Below the pieces are notes generated by a model that worked only from the letters and a program-made list of their open reading frames with translations, had not been told where the DNA came from and did no database searches. Source: Octopus bimaculoides (Eukaryota). From it: 36,009 nt of DNA. The stretch covers positions 80,759-116,767 of the forward strand of contig NC_068992.1 of NCBI RefSeq assembly GCF_001194135.2, in the 5' to 3' direction. The position numbers and the translations under genes were made by a program. Positions 12,985-24,576 of this stretch are shown piece after piece (the stretch's first letter is position 1; each line of letters opens with the position of its first letter).

Positions 12985-13860
12985 GCATATCTAGTGAGAG
13001 TAGCTGTTTTGTATAAATGATAACTTATCTGGCAGATCCACAACAAACAACGAGGGTAACAGGATGGTTCCTTGGGGGACTCCACTCACAATAATTGTAT
13101 CTTTGAAAGAACAACATTGGCTGCAACAACTTGATCTCCATCTTAAAAAGTCATGCTGCCACTCTTGTAAACTTAACAAAGCTTGCGGCATATTCTGTAG
13201 CCAACTTTCTCAAAAGCCTTCACAAGATTAAAATATATCACACACATTTGATTAGCTGAGCAGCAGTTTCAACAACCAGTCATAATTCTGTAGAACCTGT
13301 ATGAATTAGCTGAGTGACAATATATCATTTTTCTCTAAGAATGTGATCAGTTTCTCCACTTATAATTCATTCAATAACTTTGCTGTTATATGAAGTCAGA
13401 GAGGCAGACCTGTACATCTTAGTATCTATTCTACTTCCATCCTTTTGAAGAGGACATTTTGTGCTTTGTTTCAATTTTTGTGAGAGCTGATCACTTGCAA
13501 GGAAGCTTTTCAAAGTATCTCAAGAGGCTTTACTTAAGCTCTTTTGCAGGTTTCCAAGAAAATTGTAGGAATCTATTAGGAGTTCTTACTGAATTTTGGT
13601 TCTTTTAATTGATGACTGAAATGACTTGTTCTTCTTTTATAGTGGCATAATAGATGGTTATCCTTTCTCTGTGTTGAACTGTAGCATTGAAGAATTATCT
13701 GACAAATTTATTTCCATGTTTCACATCAAAGTTGTTCATTCAGTCTTTTGCTTCTTCTTTTAAGATCTGCAGTCAGTGAACTATTTTATTGGAATGGCGG
13801 TCTTGTTTTGAAATACAGTAAAGCATTTTCTTTAGAGTTTATGTTTACTGCAGCCCCTAA
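12985..13860 (-). mobile_element. Degenerate non-LTR retrotransposon (CR1/Jockey-like LINE) ORF2 reverse-transcriptase fragment
   Basis: Broken reading frames give MYRSASLTSYNSKVIE (NYRPISLTS motif), VIYFNLVKAFEKV (YLDFxKAFDKV motif) and VSGVPQGTILLPSLFVV (GVPQG motif), with stops and frameshifts. Confidence 0.85.
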
Positions 13861-14891
13861 GCTTTCTTTTTGCATTCTCCTTTTCATGAGAATGTTTTAT
13901 CTTATTCTAGATTTCTAAGAGTGTCTCTTTAAAATAGTTTCTTTCATTGCCCATGGTTTGATGATTTGTTCATCAGAATTTTTGCATGTTTTAAATATAT
14001 TTTTTGCATAATATATATATATATCCCTTTCATTGCCAACCCAGCTGAAACCAGCTCTGGTTCTGAGTACAAATGTCCTGTTTCCATAAGTTTTGAATTA
14101 AAATCTTCCAACCAAACCTTAGTCACAATTTATGTTCCAAACACCAGCTTAATGATAACAAAGTTATTTTACTAAATTCTTTGTTATATTTAAAGTAATT
14201 GAAAGAAACAGAGAGCATCTCAACAGAAATACAGTAACGAAAGGGATATATATCATTATCATCATCGTCATTGTTTAACGTCAGCATGGAAAATGGATGT
14301 TAAACGATGATGATGATCATCATGATGATATTATGCAAAATATATATTCAAAAATACAAAGATATATGTGTGAGTGTGTATATATATATTATTAGTACGT
14401 AGCTAATTTTACCCAGGGAGATGAAAAGGAAAGACAGTTACAGCAAGAATTGAACTCAAAGCCAAGACAGAGGAAATGAACTACAAGATATGTAGCTGGC
14501 ACTCAGTCAGCCTTTACCACTGTTCATGCATCATCCTGGATTGGAAAGTTAAGGTTAAAATCTTCAACAAATTTGTAAAATTTTACAGAAACTGCTGATT
14601 GTTTATATATCCCTGTTCTGATACCAGCAGATTTGAACACTTTAAACGAGGTTATAATTAGAGCAGATAGCAATTAATGTTGGTATGACTAATGAACATT
14701 GGTTGTATGGTTAAGCAAGTTGTCTTTGAAACTTAGTAGTAACAAGTTCAATTCTACTGCAAAGTACCTTGTGAAAATTATCATTTACCATAATCTCAGT
14801 TGAATCAAAGCCTTATCAAAGAAACGATGAAACTCATCACAATGGATGGTTCCTGTTGTTGGGTTGAAAAGTCAATTCTTGCAACAGCTCA

Positions 14892-14896
<5 letters not shown>

Positions 14897-14935
<39 letters not shown>
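14897..14935. repeat. (CTA)n microsatellite
   Basis: Direct reading. Confidence 0.95.
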
Positions 14936-14936
<1 letters not shown>

Positions 14937-15669
14937 TCACTCTTCAACTATAGAAAATAGATATTTTCTCATTAAACAAGAACTGATTTTATTTCATCAT
15001 TTTGATATAACCAACAGATATTTCAATAAAAAATAAATTTAAAATAACAGAAATTAAAATGAAACCAAAAAAGAGAAAATATGCAAAAACTGAACCTTAT
15101 CACAGAAATTTCCATGGTTCCAGTGGATCAGAATTTTTGTTGTGGAACCATAGTCCAAACAGAAAACAAATTGCTGTATTAAACATGTCACAGACGCAAT
15201 CCTGTTGACTGAGGTTTTCCTAGAAGTTTGAAGTATTTAGTAATTTTTTTAATCAGTCTACCAGTTCAATGTGAATTGCAACATTGATAATTTATTAGGG
15301 AAAAGAACATTATGAACAGAAATCACCATCATACAATAGAAATGACTTGATAAACACATTTTGTATTTTCAAACTGATTTCATTTGGATAGGAACACTTT
15401 TTTTCTCATAATATATTAACACATCAAAGAATTCCTGGCATTCAACTAGGCAACTTAGGTTTCTTGCATACAAATGCAATTTTCGTAAATTATATACATA
15501 ATTTATATACATATATTTTTGTATANNNNNNNNNNNNNNNNNNNNNNNNNNNNNNNNNNNNNNNNNNNNNNNNNNNNNNNNNNNNNNNNNNNNNNNNNNN
15601 NNNNNNNNNNNNNNNNNNNNNNNNNATTTTTCATTCCAGGTGCCATTATATTAAACATTTGCAAAGAGT

Positions 15670-16065
15670 AACCATACCATGCACAAAAAATTCAGCAGAT
15701 CTGTCAGATTTTCTAAGAGGTCGTATTGTTGGGCAATCTGAGGCTGATCTTAGCCAGTGAAAAATTGCTGAAAATCTTCAAATTCTTCTTGCTACTGTTA
15801 ATAGAATTAAAGTGCAATTCAAAAGCCATGGTGATGAATCAATGAATTCTCGTCCCAGCCGACCTGAGCCCTTGGAAAGGAAGCTTTGTTGTTTGAAGAG
15901 AATTGTGGAAAACGAACCTCATTTGAAGGCTTCTGACATTGTAAAACAATTAGAAGTTAGTACAAGAACGTGTGTTACATATCTGCATAAGCTTGGGTAT
16001 TATGGATGAGCAGCTAGAAGAGAACCTCTCCTTCAAGCAGTTAATATCAAATAAAAGATTTTGAA
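15670..16065 (+). mobile_element. Tc1-family transposase remnant (N-terminal HTH DNA-binding region only)
   Basis: One frame: PCTKNSADLSDFLRGRIVGQSEADLSQ*KIAENLQILLATVNRIKVQF...SRPSRP...LKRIVENEPHLKASDIVKQLEVSTRTCVTYLHKLGYYG*AARREPLL...NIK*. This is the typical Tc1 paired-like HTH plus AARKPLL layout; no DDE domain follows. Confidence 0.85.
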
Positions 16066-16097
16066 AATTAAAGGTGTTTATTTACTTCCTGCCTGGC

Positions 16098-16131
<34 letters not shown>

Positions 16132-16669
16132 ACCTACACAGTAAACAACCAAAGATGTCATACAAATTCTACAAACTGCCCACATTCCCGCACTTGTAAC
16201 AATAGCATTGTTTCTGTATGAGTTCATGTCTCTACATGTGTACCTTAACATTAGTGTTATCTCATTCATTTAATGTTCCCGTTTGTAGTTAATCTCTTAT
16301 TTCATATTTCACATTCACCATTCTTCACAAACAGAAAAATCCTGTCGTCATATTTTTGTTGTCATGTTGGATTATATTGAATCAGTGGTTTTACTGATTG
16401 ATTTACGTTTCTATTCCATATTATCCTACCACCATTCTGAAGAGTTTATGCTAAACATTAGGGTCATACTCAATTTTATCTGAGAGCAGCTCCTTTGAAT
16501 GAAATAAGCCAGACCACAAAGAGAAGCAGTAACAGATAAATAAATGCAAAGGAAGAAAGCATGTAAAGAGACATAAATTGTTTTGTTTCTTGCTTCTTTT
16601 GATTAGCCACATTTTCTTTGTCTTACTTCATCTCAATAAGCGTCTGATGATTGATTTAATCTTTTATTT

Positions 16670-16911
16670 TTTTTTACCTTTTACTTGTTTCACTCATTAG
16701 ACTGTGACCATGCTGGGGCACCGCCTTGAAAAATTTTAGTCGAATGAATCAACTTATCTTTTCTTTAAGTCCTGTACTTATCCTATTGGTCTCTTTTTAT
16801 CTGACCGCTAAGTAATGGAGATGAAAACACACTAACATTAGTGGCCATGCTGGAGCACTGCCTTGAAGAATTTTAGTCAAACAAATCGACCCCTGACACA
16901 CACACACATTC

Positions 16912-16961
<50 letters not shown>

Positions 16962-17183
16962 CTGTAATATAATATGTGACAATTATTCGGTTGCCATAAT
17001 AAAACTCTGAGTTTCGGATGTCGGAGCGGAGATCATAACTGACGAGATGCCGGAGCTGACATCCAAAACTCAGAGTTTTATTATGGCAACCGAATAATTG
17101 TCACATATTATATTTACAGATAAATTCCTCTATTTCCATAATATCAAGGTCTCATTCGTTCTTTTGTTGTCATATTATTACTA

Positions 17184-17224
<41 letters not shown>

Positions 17225-17945
17225 GACGGGCTTCTTTCAGTTTCCCTCTCTGAAATCCACAGACAAGGCTTTGGTCAGCCCAAGGCTATAGTAGAAGACA
17301 CTTGCCCAAGGCGCCATGCAGTGGGACTGAGCCCAGAATCATGTGGTTCGTAAGCAAGCTACTTACCACACAACCACTCCTGCACCTATTCTTGGTTTTT
17401 CACTTCTACAGATTGAATAGGAGTCAAACATTTTCGACTCTGTATCCAGACTCTATAAAATCACTCTGAATATAAATAAGATTTACAAATCAGCATCATA
17501 ATTTTAACGTCCAATGTTTCATGCTTGCATGGGCTGGACGGAATTTCTTGAGCCAGATTTTCTACACCAACTCTCACCTGTTTCCAAGTAAGGTAATATT
17601 TCCCTGTGGTCAGACATGTTTTCACAGAAAGTTGAGAACAAGGGACACCGCTTGTGAGACAGTGACACTCATTTACAACTGTCAGGTGATGTCAAAGTAA
17701 GGAGACAGTAACACACACACACATACATACATATATACATATATACACACATACATACATACATACATATATACACTAACACACAACAGGCTTGTTTCTG
17801 TTTCTGTCTATCAAATCCACTGAGAAGGTTTTGGCTGGCCCAGGGCCACAGCAGAAGGCTCTTGCCCAATGTGCCATGCAGGGGGATTGAATCTGGAACC
17901 ATGTGGTAGGGAAGCAAACTTTTTACCACACATCCATACCTGCAC
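16670..17945 (-). mobile_element. Cluster of SINE family A fragments (tails 16670-16900; heads 17224-17385 and 17780-17945)
   Basis: Repeated matches to the family A head and tail motifs. Confidence 0.72.
16959..17122. repeat. Long palindromic (fold-back) element, arms ~64 bp, loop ~35 nt
   Basis: tatctgtaatataatatgtgac...gtttcggatgtc versus gacatccaaaac...gtcacatattatatttacagata: one substitution plus one indel. Confidence 0.9.
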
Positions 17946-17949
17946 TTAC

Positions 17950-18303
17950 ATATAGTATCTGTGTATACACACACACGCACACACATGCACATACATACAC
18001 ACAGATACTCACATACGTACATATATATGCATGCACACACACACACACAAGCACACACATATACACATGCATGTACATACATGCACATAGACACACACAC
18101 ATACATATACACATACATACATATATATGCACATACACACACACACATACATACATATACATATGCACATACATACACACACACACACACATTCACATGC
18201 ATGTACATACATGCACACAGACACACATACATACACACACACATACATGTACATATGCACATACATATACATATGCACATACATATGCGCACACACACAC
18301 ACA
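17950..18303. repeat. Compound (CA)/(TACA) microsatellite
   Basis: Direct reading; source of several spurious His/Thr/Cys/Val ORFs. Confidence 0.95.
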
Positions 18304-19155
18304 AAATTACATTTACAGTCTTCTACAGTTTCCACTCACTGGACTGAGACCATACACTGAGGAACCACCTTGAAAGGTTTCGTTTGTCAAGTTGACCTCT
18401 GAATATATTTTAAGTCCAGGAATGTATTCAATCATTTTAATTTTTTTGTCAATCCACAAAATTGCAGCGACATAAACGCTCCACCATTGTCTGTCAAGTT
18501 GTGAATGGCCAACACAAATACAAAGTCGTATGTATTTGCGTTTGTTTGGCAATTTGTGATGGAATGTTTAAGCCTGCAATTGTAGCAGCCTAGCACAAAA
18601 GAAATGGCAAGAATAATTACTGGACTTAAAATATGAACTCAGATTGATATGGTCAATTGAATCTTTCAAGATTGTACCCCTGCATTGGTTGCAGTCCAGT
18701 AAGAGAAATCAATTTTCAACAACTGTATATATGTATATATAGTGTTGCATTTCAGGATGGTCATTTTTTCTTTTTGGGCAAATAAATTCATGCATTATAT
18801 ATTTGTTCTTTGCTTGTTAATTACTGTCCACATGTCCATTGTCCGGAAATCTTTTGTCACACATTTGTGACACTTTCTGTCCTCGTGTGTGCTCCTGCTT
18901 CACTTACCCCATTCTGTACTTCTGTGATGTGTCAGAGAAGAACAGAATGGACTAAACAGAGCAGGAGTACAGATGAGGACAGAAAGATTTACGGACAAAG
19001 GAAATAAGTTAAGATAAGAACAGTAATAAATGAGAGAGGAACAAATATGGAGTCCATGTGTTTATTTGGTAAAGAAAAAAAAAAGAAAATGACCATCCCA
19101 AAATACAATATCTGTTTCAACACATGGCTTCACACCAGGAATCTTACAACACAAT

Positions 19156-19272
<117 letters not shown>

Positions 19273-19335
19273 CATAATTGTTAAACAGAACATACCTAAT
19301 TGTTTAGATCACCTGTGAACTAAACCCCCATACTT

Positions 19336-19377
<42 letters not shown>

Positions 19378-19910
19378 TACATATATATATATGTATATAT
19401 AACTTTTGTAGGACCGAAATTGGTATATAAGAAATTAAACCCATTCTGGAACTTTGAATATCAAAGCTATTGGGGCCTCCCATTTTAAAACACTGTATTA
19501 TATCATATTATTAAAATTGATAATGGTTACGTATTTATAATCACTAGATTATATAGAGAGTTTGTGTCTTTCATGCCTTTCTCAAAAGCATCAGTTAATT
19601 AAACGAAATAGCTCTCACAATCTCTTGAGAAATACTAAATATGTTTTAAGAAGATAATTAATGATGCCCCAAGTTGTTATCTATTGTAATTCTCAATTGA
19701 TGTGATAGAGGGGACTACAGTCAATTGAATGACCCTGTATATTACTGGTACAACTTTTTTTTCTTACTCAACAGGTTAAATGAAATATTTCAAAGTCCCC
19801 CGGTTCTAGCCTGAAACCAGGAGCTGTAAAACATACAGTCTAATAAGAAATCACAGCCATCTTCCTCACCTTCTTCAAAATAATTCTGTGAATGGTACGA
19901 GACCATGATT

Positions 19911-20032
19911 ATGAGGGTGAGTCAGAAAATAATGCAGCTTTTACTTTTTGACCTGTTTCTGTAAATACAATTCAGTAAGTTAAAAAGAAATGCAAATAAA
20001 AATGGCATTCCATTCTGACTCACTCTTTTGTA
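19911..20032. mobile_element. Possible degenerate mariner-type MITE
   Basis: gggtgagtcagaa (19915-19927) and ttctgactcactc (20013-20025) are inverted 13-mers with one mismatch, with TA dinucleotides just outside. Confidence 0.3.
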
Positions 20033-20269
20033 TATTTAAGACAGGTGGAATAACCAACTCAATGGAAGTCAGTCTATGGCTGTTCTTTATTGAAAATGTT
20101 CTGGAAACATTTGAAGTCCAAGGAGGACAAAAATACTAGGATACATTGCAGTATTTAGTTACATCCTCCGAAATTTCCTCTTCCAGCCCACTTGTGCACA
20201 AATCATCATTTTAGTTCCCACTTTATAAATAATAGTTTCTAGTTTAGGGGCCAAGGCCAGCAATTCTGA

Positions 20270-22050
20270 GGGGAGAGGCATTAGCTGATATTGTCAAAAC
20301 CAGTGCTTGACTGATACTTTGTTTTATTGATCCTGAAAGGCTAAAAGGCAAATTTGGACGTGGTAGGATTTGAACTTAGAATGGAAGAACCAGAAGTTGA
20401 TGTTCTAATGATTCTGCTAATCCAATGAAAAACATGCACGAGAAACATGGCAATTTCATATTTCTATTCATAGTTTCATTTGCCTCTCCTCTCGAAATTG
20501 CTGGCCTTGTGCAAAAATTAGAAAGAATTGTTAAATATTTCGAGTGCAACACTCCAGCCTGTTTAATTATGTTAAAAATATTTCGATTTTATCTTTGATC
20601 TCATTCTGTAGTTTTGGGGTCTATTTTCACTCTCTGACCACTGCCACCTTCCCCATCCGCTAACCTTCTCACCTCCCTTCTTTTCTCATTATCTAATTAC
20701 AAACAATTAACAACAACAATTGAAGTGAAGTAAAGGTTATTTCCCTTTGAAAATTTGACACTCATCATGTCAAGTTGAATAATAATGATAATAATAATAA
20801 CAATAACAACGATTTCAAATTTTGGCACTAGGCCAGCAATTTTGGGGACGGGGTAAGTCGATTGCTTTGACCCCAGTACTCAATTGGTACTTATTTTATC
20901 GACCCTGAAAAGATGGAAGGCAAAGTTGACCTCGGCAGAATTTGAACTCAGAATGTAACGACAGGCCAAATACCACTAAGCATTTTTTCTGACGTGCTAA
21001 CAATTCTGCCAGCTCACCACCTTAATAATAATAATCCTTTCTACTATAGGTACAAGGCCTGAAATTGTTGGGGAGGGAGCTAGTTAATTACATCGACCCC
21101 AGTGTTTCACTGGTACTTAATTTATTGACCCCGAAAGGATGATAGGCAAAGTCAGCCTTGGCAGAATTTGAACTCAGAATGAAGTGATGGGGCAAAATAC
21201 TGCTAAGCATTTCGTCCAGTGTGCTAACAATTCTGCCAGCTCACCACCTTAATATTAGAATAATAATAATAATTATAATAATAATAATAATAATAATAAT
21301 AATGTTTTCAAATTTTGGGACAAGGCCAGCAAGTCCGGGGGAGGGTATAAGTCGATTGCATTGACCCCAGTACTCAACTGGCACTTAATTTATTGACCCT
21401 GAAAGGATGAAAGGCAAAGTCGACTGTGGCAGAATTTGAACTCAGAATGTAAAGACGGGTGAAAAACTGTTAAGCCCGGTGTGCTAATGATTCTGCCAGG
21501 TCACCGCCTTAATAATAATAGTAATAATAATAATAATGATAATAATAATAATAACCTGGTAATTAAGAACTATCCGAGAGTCTTTCATAATAAACAAAAT
21601 AATAATGACGATAATATACCATGTTGGAACAATCCAGAAAGGGTGATGGAGGGGTAGAGTTGATTAAATCAACCTCAGTGTATAACTGGTATCGTTTTTT
21701 ATTGATACAACAAAGATGAAAGGCAAAGTTAACACTGTTGGGATTTGAAATCAAAACAGTGAAGTTAAAATTCCTCAAAGCATTTTGTTTCTTTGGTGCT
21801 CTACCGATTTTCCATAATAATAATCATAATAATGGTTTCAAATTTTGGCAAAAGGCCAGCAATTTCAGAGTGGGGTAAGTCGATTACATCAACCTGCCTC
21901 AGTACATGACTGGTACTCACTTTATCAACCCTGAAAGGATGAAAGGCAAAGTTGACCTCAATGGGATTTGAACTCAGAATGTAAAGGTGAACAAAATGCT
22001 GCTGAACATTTTGCCTGGTGTGCTAATGATTCTGCCACCTTGCTACCATG

Positions 22051-22129
<79 letters not shown>

Positions 22130-22318
22130 TGATGATGATGATGATGATTATTTCAAATATCGGCTCAATTTTTCGAGGGGGGTGGGTTAAGTTGATTACT
22201 TCGACCCCAGTGATCAAGTGGTACTCATTTTATTGACCCTGGGAAGATGAAATGCAAATTGACCTCAGCAGAATTTGACCTAAGAATGTCAAAACGGATG
22301 AAATGGAAATGCTGCTGC

Positions 22319-22352
<34 letters not shown>

Positions 22353-22567
22353 CCTTTCTGCTCTAGGCACAAGGCCTGAAATTTTGGGGGAGGGGACTAG
22401 TCAGTTACATCAACCCCAGTATGCAACTGGTACTTAATTTATCAATCCCGAAAAGATGAAAGGCAAAGTCGACCTCAGCGGAATTTGAACTCAGAACGTA
22501 GCGACGGGTGAAATACCACTAAGCATTTTGTCCAGAGTGCTAATATTTCTGCCAGCTTTCTGCCTTA
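20270..22567 (-). mobile_element. Largest SINE family B array (about eight copies) with (AAT)n spacers
   Basis: Units at about 20270, 20812, 21035, 21305, 21630, 21835, 22150 and 22350, all on minus. Confidence 0.87.
22051..22148. repeat. (AAT)n(GAT)n microsatellite
   Basis: Direct reading. Confidence 0.95.
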
Positions 22568-22605
22568 GTAGTAATAATAATAATAATAATAATCATCATC
22601 ATCAT

Positions 22606-22768
22606 CATCGTCGTTTAACGTCCGCTTTCCATGCTAGCATGGGTTGGACGATTTGACTGAGGACTGGTGAAACCGGATGGCTACACCAGGCTCCAGTCTG
22701 ATTTGGCAGAGTTTCTACAGCTGGATGCCCTTCCTAATGCCAACCACTCAGAGAGTGTAGTGGGTGAA
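22606..22768 (-). mobile_element. Family C 3' end, near-identical to 60-227
   Basis: Reverse complement of the window-start copy. Confidence 0.8.
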
Positions 22769-22779
22769 TAATGGTAATA

Positions 22780-24360
22780 ACAACAACAACAATCAGAATA
22801 TTAATGTTACCTTAATGAAAGACTCAATTTCCATCTGATAACGATGAAGTTGTAAATGAATCAGAAATTGTGTTGATATAAATATCTGGAAATTGAGATA
22901 ACAGTGTGGGGACTGAAAACAGAAGGAAACCCTTGTGGTTATAGAGGGAACTCCCTGTAATTATAGGGTGTTTTGAGAATGATGAAAGAAATATATCTAC
23001 TGGTAAATGTATCCCCAAAACCCTATAACTTACAAATATGAACAATATACAGAAAATGGTGCAACTAGACACTGCACACATGTTGTGAAGAATTGTGTGA
23101 AAACAAACAGAAAATATGAAACCAAAGCAAAATACTTCATACGCCCGAGGCATAGAGAGTAGTTCTCAGTCTTGCAGTAAAAACACACACTAAAATAAGA
23201 TTACAAAAAGAAATAATGATAAAAATAAAATAAAATAATATTTTATATTCAAACAGTATGTATTAGAAAAATCTCAGATAAATTTAATGTAGTTGCCTAC
23301 AGTTTATAATATCTGTGCTGGAGAAATTAAACAAATGTACATAAATCATGTTATTCTCTTTGTACACAGAAAAATAAAGGAGATTATTTGGATATGTTTT
23401 ATAGCTGATTAGCCACTTTCCAGAAGATAAGTGCCCCTTATTCATCTGTTTACAAAGAGATCAGAATAGCAAATGCTTTTTAAATCAAATACAAACCAAG
23501 ATTTAACTGAAATGGCTAAACTAATATGTATATATATCATGCATTTGTTGGTGGCATGATTAAATAATTAAGAAATAAGCACAAGGACATTAATTTGGAA
23601 TATGATGGGAGAAGTCGATTTAATCCTCTAAACCCTAATCATGAGATATCTTTAAATAAGTGAAGGTAGTAAATAAATTTAGATTCTATGGACTTGACTG
23701 TTATCATCATTACAGAGTAACATCCAGTTTTGTAAGAATTGAATTCAGAAAAATAAAACAGATTTAATTAAACATTTCAAGAAATTTAATTTTTTGTTTC
23801 TGTCAAACAAATTTCTTACATTTGTTTACAAAAACTTATTTTGTAGAGAAGGGCAAATATCTGAATCAAGTACCCCTGCCCTCAGCGTATGACTGTATTT
23901 TGATAATCCCATGGTATAATAGATTAAATCGACTTCACTATTATCAGGAGTTAGAAACAATGCAGAGGTATTAAACTAAATATTTTCTGCAAAAATCATT
24001 TAGTTTGGGGCTCTGCAATTTCTGCTTAATTCTTCACCCGAGCACCTCATTTGATAACAACAACAACAATAACAACAATAATGTCATCAACAACAACAAC
24101 AACAACAGTTGTAGTAGCAGTAACAACAACAACAATGTTGACTGCTATGTCTATAACAATGAGAATGCATGCGCTGGGGCTGGGGTACAGGCTGGATTTG
24201 TTTCCTTTCTGTTTCTCAGAGGCAATGGAAATGATGATGGTGGCATGGTGGTGGTGGTGGTGGTGGTGGCGGAGGTGGTGGTGTTGGCAGTGGTAGTGGT
24301 GGTGATGATGGCAGTGGAAGAGGTGACAGTCATGGAGTAACAATGCTATGATATCTATGT
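22780..24360 (-). other. Probable Kv-beta 3' UTR, with (CAC)n and (AAC)n tracts near its start
   Basis: About 1.6 kb of unique sequence without recognisable SINEs directly downstream of the terminal exon. The end point was not determined and no clear AATAAA was found. Confidence 0.4.
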
Positions 24361-24573
24361 CTACTGGATAGAACATGGAGGTGAACCGAGTGCTGCATCG
24401 TGCTGGTGGAGGGCATGTCGTGAGGGCATGTGGCTGACAATGTGGGTGGTGGTGGCACCACTGCTGCTGCCGGATTGTCCTGAAGTGCCAGCATTAGCTG
24501 AGCTCCCAGCAGCAGCACCGGCAGCGGTTCCGCTGCCACTACCACCCCCTCCAGCCGCCCTGTCCAAGTCTAG
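24361..24573 (-). CDS. Putative stop-codon readthrough extension of Kv-beta (70 codons + TAG), ending in CaaX-like CSIQ
   Basis: In frame after TGA-CTAG: LDLDRAAGGGGSGSGTAAGAAAGSSANAGTSGQSGSSSGATTTHIVSHMPSRHALHQHDAALGSPPCSIQ*. Hand count gives 130/210 G+C over 24361-24570 in an AT-rich locus. Confidence 0.62.
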   Translation of the reverse strand, partial: LDLDRAAGGGGSGSGTAAGAAAGSSANAGTSGQSGSSSGATTTHIVSHMPSRHALHQHDAALGSPPCSIQ

Positions 24574-24576
24574 TCA
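24570..24576 (-). promoter_or_regulatory. Readthrough-permissive stop context UGA-CUAG
   Basis: Plus strand reads ctagtca at 24570-24576, i.e. TGACTAG on minus. The same context is used by vertebrate AQP4, OPRK1, OPRL1, MAPK10, LDHB and MDH1 readthrough. Confidence 0.75.

Noticed and set aside
20810-22567. Regularly spaced repeats resembling a CRISPR array
   Set aside because: Units are ~210-bp diverged SINEs with microsatellite spacers in eukaryotic DNA; no cas genes.
24005-24376. Overlapping ORFs with poly-N/V/T/H, including the Thr-rich 24151-24333 ORF in the same frame as the extension
   Set aside because: They derive from (AAC)n and (CAC)n tracts. The in-frame one lies behind three TAG stops, so further readthrough is implausible.
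24574-24576. UGA as selenocysteine
   Set aside because: The position equals the normal Kv-beta C-terminus, not a catalytic Cys, and no SECIS was recognised; the CUAG context explains it better.
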